A stretch of DNA of 64,000 nucleotides from Candidatus Cloacimonadales bacterium (GCA_963665815.1 OY762463.1:3840001-3904000), one strand, 5' to 3'; positions 1 through 10,400 are shown, counted from the first letter of the stretch. Numbers and translations: made by a program. Notes: generated by a model not told the origin, from the letters alone.

Positions 1-1
1 G

Positions 2-535
2 ATGTATGTAATGGAATACTCCACAAAACCTCAATGCTGTATAAAGACGATTGAAGACGGAAACGAAGTAAAAATACTGGAACTTGATTCTCTTTTTACA
101 AAAAGTAATCTGGAAACAGATTCCAGAAACTATGATTATACATGTAGGGGAGAAAGTGAGTTTGCTGTTCTGTATTTCATGGGAGATAGATTTTTTGATT
201 TAAAAAAACAGAAAGAAATAAGTTTCCCCAATGACGGAAACGGTAAGTATTTTGTAGCCGGCAGTTTTATTGAAAACGGTGACTCATTTTATATATTGCA
301 GGCTACTATGGAGAATCCTGAAGCCGGTATGGAATGTGAAACCGCAAAGGATTATAAAATAGCAACCGGAACAAAAGATTTCATTTACGAGTATGATTAC
401 GAAAGTAACTTGATGAAAACAATCAAACTGCCGAATGATGTACTTTTTTTTCCACAATCTCTGACCGTGGCAAATGGTTACGTAGTAGCTCAGGATGTAT
501 ATACAGGTAATGTATACAAATACAAGATGATGTAA
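2..535 (+). CDS. hypothetical protein, 5'-truncated by window edge (possible beta-propeller)
   Basis: Open from the window start; beta-strand-rich sequence; stop TAA overlaps next ATG (TAATG at 533-537). Confidence 0.6.
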   Translation: MYVMEYSTKPQCCIKTIEDGNEVKILELDSLFTKSNLETDSRNYDYTCRGESEFAVLYFMGDRFFDLKKQKEISFPNDGNGKYFVAGSFIENGDSFYILQATMENPEAGMECETAKDYKIATGTKDFIYEYDYESNLMKTIKLPNDVLFFPQSLTVANGYVVAQDVYTGNVYKYKMM

Positions 536-1578
536 TGAAAAACACATTTCTGTTTGTCAGTGATACTCATCTCGGTTTTGATTATCCTGTTCGTCCTCGC
601 ATAGTTAGACGACGCAGAGGATATGATGCTTTTCGCCAGTTCAGGGATGTACTTGACTATGCCGTAGAAAACAGTATTAGTCATGTTCTGCATGGGGGGG
701 ACCTCTTTTTCAGGAGTAAGGTTCCTGTTTTGATCATTGATAAAGTATATGAGCTTCTGAATGAGTATGCCGAAAAGGGGCTTGTGTTTTATATAGTACC
801 GGGGAATCATGAGCGATCTGTATTACCGGATAGCACATTTCCTCTTCATGGAAATATTAATGTTTTCGATGAACATAAAACATATCCTGTGAAACTTAAT
901 GATTGCAATATCAGTGTTTCAGGTTTTCCATATCAAAAGAATATTGAGAATACATTCAGAGATAATCTGAGAAAAACAAACCATAAACATTACAGAAATA
1001 CTTTCAGTGTAGTTCTTGTTCATCAGGCAATAGCAGGGACCGTTGTAGGAGTGCAGAATTACATGTTCAGAAAAGGACCGGAAGTTATTCAGCACAGGGA
1101 GATTCCTGCTGATATAGATATGCTGTTATCAGGTCATATTCACAGACAGCAGGCTAGTGTTATCAATGGAGTTCATGTTCTTTTGAGTGGATCCACCATT
1201 AAAACATCTTTTGCTGAAATGTACGAAAGAAAAGGCTTTTATCGGATTACTCTTAGAATTGATAACAGAAAAATTGTACCTGAGATGAAGTTTATTGAAT
1301 TGAAAACCAGAAAGATGCACAGGATTGTCTTATTACCTGATGATTTCAATTCCTGTGAATCTGTTAACAATGTGCTGATAAAGAAGATTAACAGATTAGA
1401 AAATGATTCAATAATACAAATTTGCTTTGACAAAACAATTTCAGTTGATAGATTTTCAGATATAGATGTTCAAAAAATTCGAGATAATTGTTCCAGTGAG
1501 TTAAACATTGAATATCAGAGTAGAATATGGAAAAGGAGCCGGGATGAGAAAGACCAGAATACTAAAAGAAATACCTGA
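535..1578 (+). CDS. SbcD/Mre11-like metallophosphoesterase (DNA repair exonuclease family)
   Basis: Calcineurin-like motifs SDTHLG, GGDLF, PGNHE, SGHIH; SFAE-ERKGF. Confidence 0.85.
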   Translation: MKNTFLFVSDTHLGFDYPVRPRIVRRRRGYDAFRQFRDVLDYAVENSISHVLHGGDLFFRSKVPVLIIDKVYELLNEYAEKGLVFYIVPGNHERSVLPDSTFPLHGNINVFDEHKTYPVKLNDCNISVSGFPYQKNIENTFRDNLRKTNHKHYRNTFSVVLVHQAIAGTVVGVQNYMFRKGPEVIQHREIPADIDMLLSGHIHRQQASVINGVHVLLSGSTIKTSFAEMYERKGFYRITLRIDNRKIVPEMKFIELKTRKMHRIVLLPDDFNSCESVNNVLIKKINRLENDSIIQICFDKTISVDRFSDIDVQKIRDNCSSELNIEYQSRIWKRSRDEKDQNTKRNT

Positions 1579-2554
1579 AAAATGTGGAGTCTATTATTTT
1601 AAAGATAAAACAGGACAAATCATTTATATAGGGAAATCAGTAAATCTTAAATCCAGAGTGGCTTCTTATTTTAATGGCAGCTCACACAAGAGTGGAATGG
1701 AAAAACATATTGCAGAGATAGAATACATCATATGTAAATCAGACATTTTTGCTTTGTTGCTGGAAGACTTATCCATAAAAATCTATAAACCTCATTTTAA
1801 CGTCAGATTGAGACGTTACAGCAACAGTATGAAGTTGTGTCTGACCGGAGATGAGTTTTCTGCATTAGTTGTTGAAGATGTTGAGTCTGATTCGGATAAT
1901 GAAGTTCTGATGGTACTACCAAGTAAGTATTTTGCTCAGGAATTCATAGAGAAGGCAGCTGGAATATTTAAGCTCAGAACATGTACGGGTAGTAATCCTG
2001 TTGGGCAATGTATTCAATATACTTTTGGTCGTTGTCTTGCACCATGCAGAAAACTTGTTACAGCAAAAAAGTATGATAAAGCTGTAGAAGTATTCAGACA
2101 ATTCATTCAGGGTGATTGTCAGACTGTTATCTCGAAGTTACAGAAAGATATGAGAGGTTTTGCGGACAGGATGGAGTTTGAGGATGCAATTGAGACTAAG
2201 GAGAAAATTAGTTTTCTGCAAAGGCAGTCTGAACGCTTCAGTATGTACTGTAAATTCAGGAACTCACTTTTGAGTTTCAGTGACGGAAAGCATGAGTATT
2301 GGTTTTATAAGGAGAATCTTGTAGCAATTCGATCTGCGAAAAGGAAAAACAAAGCTGCAATTGATACAGAGCTTATTAAGAAGAAAAGAGATAAGGTTAT
2401 GCTTGAGTTCAGAAAGAAATATAAAGATGTTTCTCATTCACAGTTTGATAAGAACAGGCAGTATTACCTGTTTGATCGATTCAATGTTTTGTATCCATAT
2501 CTGAAGAAAAGCAGTAAATCCTCTGATAAAAAGAGTGAGATAATCATAAGATAA
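1544..2554 (+). CDS. GIY-YIG nuclease, UvrC N-terminal/Cho-like
   Basis: GVYYFKD..IIYIGKSVNLKSRVASYF, KPHFN, Cys cluster LRTC..CIQY..RCLAPC, UVR-like helix MEFEDA; no RNaseH/HhH C-terminal half; ATG 1544 follows AGGAG (ORF track starts 1508). Confidence 0.85.
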   Translation: MRKTRILKEIPEKCGVYYFKDKTGQIIYIGKSVNLKSRVASYFNGSSHKSGMEKHIAEIEYIICKSDIFALLLEDLSIKIYKPHFNVRLRRYSNSMKLCLTGDEFSALVVEDVESDSDNEVLMVLPSKYFAQEFIEKAAGIFKLRTCTGSNPVGQCIQYTFGRCLAPCRKLVTAKKYDKAVEVFRQFIQGDCQTVISKLQKDMRGFADRMEFEDAIETKEKISFLQRQSERFSMYCKFRNSLLSFSDGKHEYWFYKENLVAIRSAKRKNKAAIDTELIKKKRDKVMLEFRKKYKDVSHSQFDKNRQYYLFDRFNVLYPYLKKSSKSSDKKSEIIIR

Positions 2555-2621
2555 ATTTTGCTTATGGTATTAAGCAAAGGCTGCCGATATTCTCAGCAGC
2601 CAGTATATATATTATTTATAA

Positions 2622-4259
2622 CTACTTCATCATGATCATTTTATGGGTTTGTGTAGCATTTCCGCTTGTTAATCTGTAGAAGTAAATTCCACTGCTGCAG
2701 GCAGAACCGGATTGGCTCTTACCATTCCAGATAACTGAGTGATTCCCTTTTGTTTCAAATTTATTTACAAGAGTATTAATTTTTTGTCCTTTAATATTGA
2801 AAATTTCGAGTTTTACATTATTGTCAGACGGAATAGAGAACTCGATTCTTGTTTCAGGGTTGAATGGGTTAGGATAATTACTTATTGCAAAATCTTTCGA
2901 TGGAGCAAAGTCGAAATCAACAGGCGCATTCAGCTCTGCACACGAAAAAGCTCCCCAGAAAATTGCATTGCTGTTGATATCTGTAAATTCCATATCATCA
3001 ACATAACAGCTGTCAGAAAGTTCACCAATCATATATACAAGAGTGTCATTAACACTGCAAACACAAAGACTGCTGGAGCTTCCACTCCCCTGACCTTCCG
3101 TATCTTCAATCCAGGACCAGTCTCCTTCTGAATTCAGCGCTGCAATAAAAAAAGATGTTTCATTTGGTTCATAGTTGAAGACCGATTCTCCGAAGTTTGC
3201 ATATCCGGTATAGTGTCCAGAAACTAATATTCTTCCTGATTCAGTCAGGCACATTCTATAATTTCTGTCATATCCTGTACCGCCGGCAGGAACTATCCAT
3301 ACACAGTTTAAGTCGCTGTCCAGCTTGATTATTGCTGCATCCATACTTCCAGAACAGGTAACAGTTTGATTATCAAATGAAAGATTATCCTCAAATATAC
3401 AGGAAAGATATATGTTTCCTGCATCATCTACTTCAATATCATATCCTGATTCAAAACCTGTTCCGTCGATATTTGAGTATGATACTTCGTTTCCATCCGG
3501 TTCTGTAATCCATAAAAATGCGCAGTAGTCACATTCAGAATTATAACCTGTTGAATAAATGTTCCCATCAGCTCCGATATCAATTCCGTAACCACAGTCC
3601 TGACCGGAAGTTCCATGGTTTTGTGCCCATATCCAGTTTCCGGTTGTATCAAGCTTTGCCAGCAGAGCATCATCTCGACCATTCGATGTAAGAGTCTGAC
3701 TGCCAAAAGATGCAGTATCGGACAACTGTCCTGATACATAGATATTGCCTTGATGATCAAGTTTCATATCATAGATCATGTCATCTCCGGAGCTTCCGGT
3801 ATGTGTAATCCAATCCCATTGACCATCAGGAGTTATTCTGGAAATGAATATATCTCTTAGTGCATTCATCTGAACAGAATTTGTACCAAAATAAGCTGTT
3901 CCTGGTCCAGTAATGAGACCAGCCAGATAAATAAAACCTTGGGAATCAACATCAATTGTCATACCTTCGTCAAACCCTGTGCCTCCAGCACTTAAAACCC
4001 AGAGACATTCGCCTGAAGGGTCATATTTTGCAATAAAAATATCATAATATCCGTTAGACGTGAGAAGGAATTCCTCGATTCTCAAAGAATCTTCAAACCT
4101 ACCGGTAATATAAATATTCTGTGATTCATCTACGAATATTTCACGACCTCTGTCAACTCCAGGACCATCATAGCATTTGATATCATACCATTCAGCCTCC
4201 TGTGCACAAATCTGAAAAGACGCTGTTAAGATAATAAGAAGCATAATTGTTTGTCTCAT
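2622..4259 (-). CDS. secreted SBBP-type beta-propeller protein with FlgD-Ig/T9SS-like C-terminal domain
   Basis: Signal peptide MRQTIMLL.. after GGAGG; repeats D..GNIY.TG / DIFIAKYD..G...W; C-terminal NYPNPFNPETRI..IFNIKGQK..SGIYFY. Confidence 0.85.
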   Translation of the reverse strand: MRQTIMLLIILTASFQICAQEAEWYDIKCYDGPGVDRGREIFVDESQNIYITGRFEDSLRIEEFLLTSNGYYDIFIAKYDPSGECLWVLSAGGTGFDEGMTIDVDSQGFIYLAGLITGPGTAYFGTNSVQMNALRDIFISRITPDGQWDWITHTGSSGDDMIYDMKLDHQGNIYVSGQLSDTASFGSQTLTSNGRDDALLAKLDTTGNWIWAQNHGTSGQDCGYGIDIGADGNIYSTGYNSECDYCAFLWITEPDGNEVSYSNIDGTGFESGYDIEVDDAGNIYLSCIFEDNLSFDNQTVTCSGSMDAAIIKLDSDLNCVWIVPAGGTGYDRNYRMCLTESGRILVSGHYTGYANFGESVFNYEPNETSFFIAALNSEGDWSWIEDTEGQGSGSSSSLCVCSVNDTLVYMIGELSDSCYVDDMEFTDINSNAIFWGAFSCAELNAPVDFDFAPSKDFAISNYPNPFNPETRIEFSIPSDNNVKLEIFNIKGQKINTLVNKFETKGNHSVIWNGKSQSGSACSSGIYFYRLTSGNATQTHKMIMMK

Positions 4260-4507
4260 CTGTTCCTCCTTAAGGTTTATAGTCGCTGTCCCAACCAGCA
4301 TGTATTTAGAGTAATGCTCAAAAAATAAACCTATATTAATTATTTGTCAAAATATTTATAACTAATGTTTCCGACTTGATCTAAGTCATGATGATGAAAT
4401 AATATAACAAAAAAAAGATTTCATAATAAGATTTTCGTAACTTACTATAATCTATATAATTAACTAAAACGTAATACCTTAATTAATTTGTGAAAATAGT
4501 TCATTGG

Positions 4508-4704
4508 AATTGATTACATTCGTTTTCTTTGGTGTCAAAGAAAACGAAGCTAATGAAAGCACTTCTTTTTCAAAAAGTATTTTCAGCAAGCTGAAATCGT
4601 AAATCTTCCCTGAAATCCATCCAAGGCTTCAGGATTTCTTAACGGGAAAATTTACTATACGAAAGAAAAAGAAGAAATACCTCAAGCGGTGCAAAGCATT
4701 TAAA
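4508..4704. repeat. dispersed structured repeat, copy 1 (copy 2 at 16471-16659)
   Basis: Colinear similarity with 16471-16659; hairpins TTCGTTTTCTTTG/CAAAGAAAACGAA, TTTCAGC/GCTGAAA, GAAATCC/GGATTTC around the loop TCCAAGGCTTCA. Confidence 0.8.
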
Positions 4705-4897
4705 AGTAATTAAGGGATGTAGATAATCGCGATTTTTCTAAAAATACAATACTTCTTGATATAAACAAAATAGATCATATAGAAGAATTCTTCATCCTTA
4801 TTTATCAATATCTTACATGCCGAAAAGATTTGTTATAATATTGTGTAAGGCCATAGCATAACTGAGGTAGTTGATTCGATTTTAGAATGAGTAAAAT

Positions 4898-6601
4898 CTA
4901 TTTTAACAATAACTTTTGTGTTTTTACTTCTTCACCTGTGTTAAGTTTAAAAAAGTAAACTCCACTGCTGCATGGTTTACTATCATTATCTGTTCCATCC
5001 CAAACTACAGAGTTTTCACCTTTTTCGAAGTTCGTGCTCTCAAATGTTTTAATTTTCTGACCTTTGATGTTATATATACCCATTTCTGCAATTGTATCTT
5101 TTGCGAAAGAGAACTCAATTCTGGTCTCGGGATTAAATTTGTTCGGGAAGTTACCTATCAGTTCACCTGTATATGATGCATCCATTGTGAAATCAATCTC
5201 ATTATCTTTTTTCCCAGGACGTAGGATTGCCCAAAATGGATCATTGTTAGAAACACCTGATCCGGAAAGTTCTGTATCGACCTGAATACTACCAAAATTC
5301 GATGATCCGTTAATGGTACCAGTAACTATAATATCTCCGTCGATAGAAACGTCGAGTGAGCGTGCAAATACGTTGTAGTATGAGTTGCGAATCTGACTTA
5401 TCTGAGTATTGTATTTCAACCAGTTAAGTGATCCAGTGTGACTTAAAGAAGCTACATAGAGTTGAGAGCTGTTTGATGGTCCCTGTACAGGACTAAAATT
5501 GGCAGATTGCCCCATCATTCCACTGACGATAACACCATTCTCGCTATTTCTAATGTTTCCGGGACGATCTTCTCCATTGCTGTTAATATTATAAACCCAT
5601 TGAGTATTCAGCTGAGGATCCAACTTACATACGTAGCAATTATAATTGTTAACACTACCTGAAATACCGATTGCATCCATTTTAATGTTATTCTTATAAG
5701 ATCCTAAAACATAAACGTTGGAACTGTCATCAACACAGACACCTTTAATATAATCATCTCTTAAACATTTGAAAGTGATGACATTTGTCCAGAAGGGAGT
5801 TGAGTCGATTTTGCCTAAAAATCCATCAATCTGACCGAAGATGTCAACAGCTTGACCTCCAAAATAACTATCTGAACCAATTACTCCTGCAACATATAGG
5901 TCTGTGTCTCCATTATGTTCATCTAATGCAAGGGCAAAAGCATAATCTTTACCTGTTCCTCCGGCTGTTTTGATCCAATTTAGAGTTCCATCAGAACCGT
6001 AGCAGGCTGCGAAAATATCTAAATCACCGTTACTGTTAATTTTATGTCCTTCAATTGTTACAGTATCAGAAAAGCCTCCGACAGTGTAAACATTGTCATT
6101 GGAATCTATCTTGATGTCATAAATTAAATCATCTTCCTGGCTACCAAACACCTTAATCCACTGATATTGACCCATAGTATTGAGCTTTGCTATAAATGAA
6201 TCTTCGAAATTTGCGTAGTAATTAAAACTACCATCAAAAATTGGATTAGATGATAGATATCCAACTACATACACATTGCCATTACTGTCTACATCAATAC
6301 CATATGAGTCATCCCAGGATGTTCCTCCAAAAGTTTGCACCCACTGTAAAACATTGAGCTTGTTATATTTGGCAAGGTAAATATCAAAATCCCCATGGCT
6401 GTAATATGAATTGTTACCAAGATTTATATGATCAGTGAATCTTCCTGTTACATAGTAATTTCCAGATGAATCATAAGCTATATCTCTTCCTTCATCTCTA
6501 CCTGGACTTTTTAGACTCTGGATGTTTTGCCAAGACGGATCTTCTCCTGACAATATAGTAAAAAGTATTACAAAAATGATTATTGAGTATAGTCTATTCA
6601 T
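4898..6601 (-). CDS. secreted SBBP-type beta-propeller protein with FlgD-Ig/T9SS-like C-terminal domain
   Basis: Paralog of neighbours; signal peptide; C-terminal NFPNKFNPETRI..IYNIKGQK..SGVYFF. Confidence 0.85.
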   Translation of the reverse strand: MNRLYSIIIFVILFTILSGEDPSWQNIQSLKSPGRDEGRDIAYDSSGNYYVTGRFTDHINLGNNSYYSHGDFDIYLAKYNKLNVLQWVQTFGGTSWDDSYGIDVDSNGNVYVVGYLSSNPIFDGSFNYYANFEDSFIAKLNTMGQYQWIKVFGSQEDDLIYDIKIDSNDNVYTVGGFSDTVTIEGHKINSNGDLDIFAACYGSDGTLNWIKTAGGTGKDYAFALALDEHNGDTDLYVAGVIGSDSYFGGQAVDIFGQIDGFLGKIDSTPFWTNVITFKCLRDDYIKGVCVDDSSNVYVLGSYKNNIKMDAIGISGSVNNYNCYVCKLDPQLNTQWVYNINSNGEDRPGNIRNSENGVIVSGMMGQSANFSPVQGPSNSSQLYVASLSHTGSLNWLKYNTQISQIRNSYYNVFARSLDVSIDGDIIVTGTINGSSNFGSIQVDTELSGSGVSNNDPFWAILRPGKKDNEIDFTMDASYTGELIGNFPNKFNPETRIEFSFAKDTIAEMGIYNIKGQKIKTFESTNFEKGENSVVWDGTDNDSKPCSSGVYFFKLNTGEEVKTQKLLLK

Positions 6602-6833
6602 TGCTCCCCCTTATTTATAACAGCTATTTACATTGAGAAAATCACTCCTTCTCATTAACGTAAATGTCGAGTATTTCCATATAACTTGTCAATGCAAAAA
6701 TATTTATATGAGGGAAATATTGAATATTGTTTCATTAAAACATTTGCCTATAATGCTCATCATTTTTTTTGAATTGTTTTCATTAAGAAGCTAATAGTAT
6801 CGTGAATATTTTATAAAAGCAATAAAAAATGAA

Positions 6834-6859
6834 ATAGCCTGCTGAGATGAGCAGGCTAT
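6834..6859 (-). terminator. intrinsic terminator
   Basis: ATAGCCTGCT-GAGATG-AGCAGGCTAT stem with an A-rich tract on its left, just past the 6876 stop. Confidence 0.65.
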
Positions 6860-6875
6860 AACGCTGGTAAATTTA

Positions 6876-8615
6876 TTATTTAAGCAATAGCATTTTTTGA
6901 GTTTGAACTTCTTTTCCTGTATCAAGCTTGAAGAAATAAACACCACTGCTGCAAGGATTGCTGTCACCATCTGTTCCATTCCATATTACTGAATTATCAC
7001 CTTTACTAAAGTATCGTTCTTTAAATGTTTTAATTTTCTGACCTTTGATATTGTATATGCTCAGATTAACAACTTCATCTTTTGCAAGTGAAAACTCAAT
7101 TCTGGTTTCAGGGTTAAATGGATTTGGGAAGTTTCCATGCAATTTCACTGTGTAGTTTGCACAATAATCCTCGTCTACTGCAGTAATGGTGGAATCTGGA
7201 TGAAGGATTGCCCAAAACGCATCATTATCATCTTCTCCACCCAGACAGAGATACGACTGTACGCTATAGTTATCGAAGAAGCAATAACCATTTACAGATC
7301 CGGTTACTGCAATATCGTTGTTCGAATTTACTGCTGTGCATCTAACATTAGCAAGATGATAGTCATTGGCAATGTCAGATTCCTGCTGTGTAGTTTTAAG
7401 CCAGTTCCAAGTACCTGATGTAGAAATTTCTGAAACATATATTTGAGTGTTTCCCGATGGACCTGTAAAAGCTGAACCGAAGTTTGCGTCTGAACCGATC
7501 ATACCACAGATGATAAGATTATCATCATTTCCGGGAGTTATTCTGTATATTCTGTTGTGTCCTGCATCAGTAATTGATTCAAGCCAGTCTAATTCACCTT
7601 CATTATCCATTTTAAACAGATAGGAATTAGTGCCAGATGTGTTAGCTTGGAGGTAAAAGTCATCAATAATTATATTATTTGTGTAGAATCCTGCAATATA
7701 TATGTTCGAGTTGCTGTCGACAAAAACATCTGTTGTACAGTCTGTAGATCCACAAACAAAAGTTTTGACAAAATCCCAGTTATGGTTGTTATCTAAACGG
7801 GCAACAAAGCCTTCGGCTCCCCCCGCTGTTGGCAATTGTAGATTTCCAAATTGGCACGTTACTTCACATACTCCAACAACGTATACTTCTGTTGAATTAT
7901 ATTGCTCATTGATACTTAATGCAAGGGCATAATCTGTACCAATACCTCCAGCCGATTCAGACCAGACAAAGTTCCCTGTAGAGTCGATCTTAGTAACGAA
8001 AATATCTTTATCTCCTTGACTTATTAAAGTGTTAGGGCCATGGTTCACCGTTCCTTGAAAATGTCCTGCAATATATATATTGTCATGTGAATCCAGTTCT
8101 AAATCATAAACAAAATCAATTGTGTCATTGCCGAAAGTATTAACCCACAGGAACTGCCCATCACTGTTAAGTTTTGCTGCAAATCCATCCCAGGTTCCGA
8201 CAGTTGGAGCAAAATCATTGCTGAATATTACCCCGGAAGACACATGACCAGCTATAAATATATCTCCATTATTACTGATTTTCAATCCATAAATATCATC
8301 TCTATCACATCCACCAATAATGTTTACCCATTGACAAACATTTAAAGAATCAAACTTTGCTACAAAAATATCCAGATTGTTACCTATGTTAGGGAAGCGG
8401 CAACTATATTGCACACCTTCAATTACAATATTGTTAGTAAAAGTTCCAGCAATATAGAGATTGTTCTGATTATCGTATGCACACATCCTGCCGTGATCCT
8501 GAGAAATACTGCTGTAGCTGTGAACTGTTTCCCAGACAGGCTCTGTTCCTGAAAGAACTGAAAAAGTAGTAGTAAAGATTAATACTAAAATGATTAATGA
8601 ATAAATTTTATTCAT
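6876..8615 (-). CDS. secreted SBBP-type beta-propeller protein with FlgD-Ig/T9SS-like C-terminal domain
   Basis: Paralog of the two preceding genes; C-terminal NFPNPFNPETRI..SGVYFF..TQKMLLLK. Confidence 0.85.
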   Translation of the reverse strand: MNKIYSLIILVLIFTTTFSVLSGTEPVWETVHSYSSISQDHGRMCAYDNQNNLYIAGTFTNNIVIEGVQYSCRFPNIGNNLDIFVAKFDSLNVCQWVNIIGGCDRDDIYGLKISNNGDIFIAGHVSSGVIFSNDFAPTVGTWDGFAAKLNSDGQFLWVNTFGNDTIDFVYDLELDSHDNIYIAGHFQGTVNHGPNTLISQGDKDIFVTKIDSTGNFVWSESAGGIGTDYALALSINEQYNSTEVYVVGVCEVTCQFGNLQLPTAGGAEGFVARLDNNHNWDFVKTFVCGSTDCTTDVFVDSNSNIYIAGFYTNNIIIDDFYLQANTSGTNSYLFKMDNEGELDWLESITDAGHNRIYRITPGNDDNLIICGMIGSDANFGSAFTGPSGNTQIYVSEISTSGTWNWLKTTQQESDIANDYHLANVRCTAVNSNNDIAVTGSVNGYCFFDNYSVQSYLCLGGEDDNDAFWAILHPDSTITAVDEDYCANYTVKLHGNFPNPFNPETRIEFSLAKDEVVNLSIYNIKGQKIKTFKERYFSKGDNSVIWNGTDGDSNPCSSGVYFFKLDTGKEVQTQKMLLLK

Positions 8616-8749
8616 TGTTTCCCCCTTTGAGTAAAAAAATGCTTCGATTTTTCTATAAAATTATTGTACACAAATAATGATCATATACTGATGATTTGTC
8701 AATGCAAAAATGTTTTTTATGAAAATAATGCTTATAAGGTTTTAGGGAT

Positions 8750-8773
8750 AAAAAAAAGCCGAGTAACTCGGCT
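8750..8773 (-). terminator. intrinsic terminator of tRNA cluster
   Basis: AGCCGAG-TAA-CTCGGCT stem preceded by an A run (U tract on the minus strand). Confidence 0.8.
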
Positions 8774-8782
8774 GAATATATA

Positions 8783-8869
8783 TGGTACCAGAGGCCGGAC
8801 TTGAACCGGCACGAAGCGAGCTTCGAGGGATTTTAAGTCCCTTGTGTCTACCAATTCCACCACTCCGGC
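8783..8869 (-). tRNA. tRNA-Leu(TAA)
   Basis: Reverse complement GCCGGAGTGGTGGAATTGGTAGACACAAGGGAC-TTAAAA-TCCCT..long variable arm..GGTTCAAGTCC..ACCA. Confidence 0.97.
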
Positions 8870-8884
8870 AAGCAATATCAAAAA

Positions 8885-8958
8885 TGGAGGCGACACCCGG
8901 ATTCGAACCGGGGATGAAGATTTTGCAGACCTTAGCCTTACCACTTGGCGATGTCGCC
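8885..8958 (-). tRNA. tRNA-Cys(GCA)
   Basis: Reverse complement GGCGACATCGCCAAGTGGTAAGGCTAAGGT-CTGCAAA-ATCTT..GGTTCGAATCC..TCCA. Confidence 0.97.
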
Positions 8959-8972
8959 TGATTAAAAAAAAA

Positions 8973-9047
<75 letters not shown>

Positions 9048-9286
9048 ATCGCAAAAGCAAAGTCATATCTACTTTCGGCATTTTTCTTGTCAATAGAAAA
9101 TTTATAGAAAATTCATAAAAAATTGAGAGATTATGCCTAATTATCAGAAGAATTAGAGGTTAGAGATTGAAGGAAATTTGAGCATAAAATCGACGTGAGA
9201 CTTTCTAATTAATGATTCAGATAATCTGAGTAGTTCAATATGAAAATCAGCTCAGACACAAAATCTTATGTGAAAATCCTGCATTC

Positions 9287-10129
9287 TTATCCCATAGACT
9301 TCAAAATAATATCATTTACCTCAACGTCAAGATCTCTTGCAATAATGGGGCATTTAGCTTTCAGTAGAAAGAATATCGGAGCATCAACTTCCGAGAGTGC
9401 TTCAAAATTCCCCTGACCCTTACTGATAATCATCGGAGCTCTATTGAATATATCCATAAACTCAGGGCTGCAAAGTGAAAGCAATGTACCCGGAGCTGTA
9501 GATCCGGAAGAAACTACTTCGGCTACATCATGTATACCTGCTAGCTCAGCTTCATTAAGAGATGCGTCGTTAATTACAGGTTTTGCTTTTACAGCGAAGA
9601 TGGTTTTCTTGTTCATCGTTTCTATCAGAAGTTTATCGAGAACAGCTTCACCGGAATTGTCTGCAAGATAGAGAATGAACTCAGCTTTATCAAGCTTGTT
9701 CCTGAATTTCTCGAAGTCGAAGATTGCAAAATCCTGAGTCAGCTTTTCTTCTATTGCCTGCTCAATATCCATAACTTTTTCCAGACCGTAATCAATGACA
9801 TTTCCGGCAATAGCGAGACGTACAGCCATCTCAAGTTGATTGTCCGATTGACTTAGCTTCTGCTTTAACGCAGGATATAATGATTTAACTTTCTCAATGT
9901 TCTGCTGTTTAATTGCTTGATACGGATCAGCATTACCTGAAACATCTGCAATAATTTTGTATATGTGCTCTGCGATTTCCGGAGGTGTAGAATCCATGGA
10001 AACTTTTTGCAGATAGTCCTTAACTTGCAGCATTATTTCGTTATGTATATCAGCATCGTGTGTTGCCAGTTTTGCAGTTCGTTCAGCCTGTTTTTCAAAG
10101 CATTTAAAACATTTCTCGTAGGTTCTCAT
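9287..10129 (-). CDS. DUF89/ARMT1-like damage-control phosphatase
   Basis: N-terminal CxxC, AGNVIDYG, DNSGE..D, INDA, KGQGNFE, KC motifs. Confidence 0.9.
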   Translation of the reverse strand: MRTYEKCFKCFEKQAERTAKLATHDADIHNEIMLQVKDYLQKVSMDSTPPEIAEHIYKIIADVSGNADPYQAIKQQNIEKVKSLYPALKQKLSQSDNQLEMAVRLAIAGNVIDYGLEKVMDIEQAIEEKLTQDFAIFDFEKFRNKLDKAEFILYLADNSGEAVLDKLLIETMNKKTIFAVKAKPVINDASLNEAELAGIHDVAEVVSSGSTAPGTLLSLCSPEFMDIFNRAPMIISKGQGNFEALSEVDAPIFFLLKAKCPIIARDLDVEVNDIILKSMG

Positions 10130-10171
10130 TATGATATCCTTTGATTTTCAGATGAGTCAATGAAAATAAGC

Positions 10172-10400
10172 TTATGTATTAAGGCAAGGGAAAAGTCAGT
10201 TTGCCTTTTGTACAATCAAACACAAACAGCTTTGCCTGAATCGATTCGATGAGATTTTAGAATTAAATCCATAAAGATCGTTATATTATCTAATAAATTC
10301 TAAAATTGGGTCAACTACTCTATTTAAGTGCAAGGCTCGGAACGAGACCTTTGCATATTCTAAAATCGGTCAACTTCTCCATTTATGTATTAAGGCAAGG
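10172..10400. repeat. local nested direct repeats and palindrome
   Basis: Exact 18-mer TTATGTATTAAGGCAAGG at 10172 and 10383; TTCTAAAAT.GGTCAACT at ~10298 and ~10357 flanking the palindrome TGCAAGG..CTTTGCA. Confidence 0.6.

Noticed and set aside
2622..8615. Calling the C-terminal FlgD-Ig domains flagellar hook-cap genes
   Set aside because: The domain is a terminal module on unrelated secreted proteins, not full-length FlgD.
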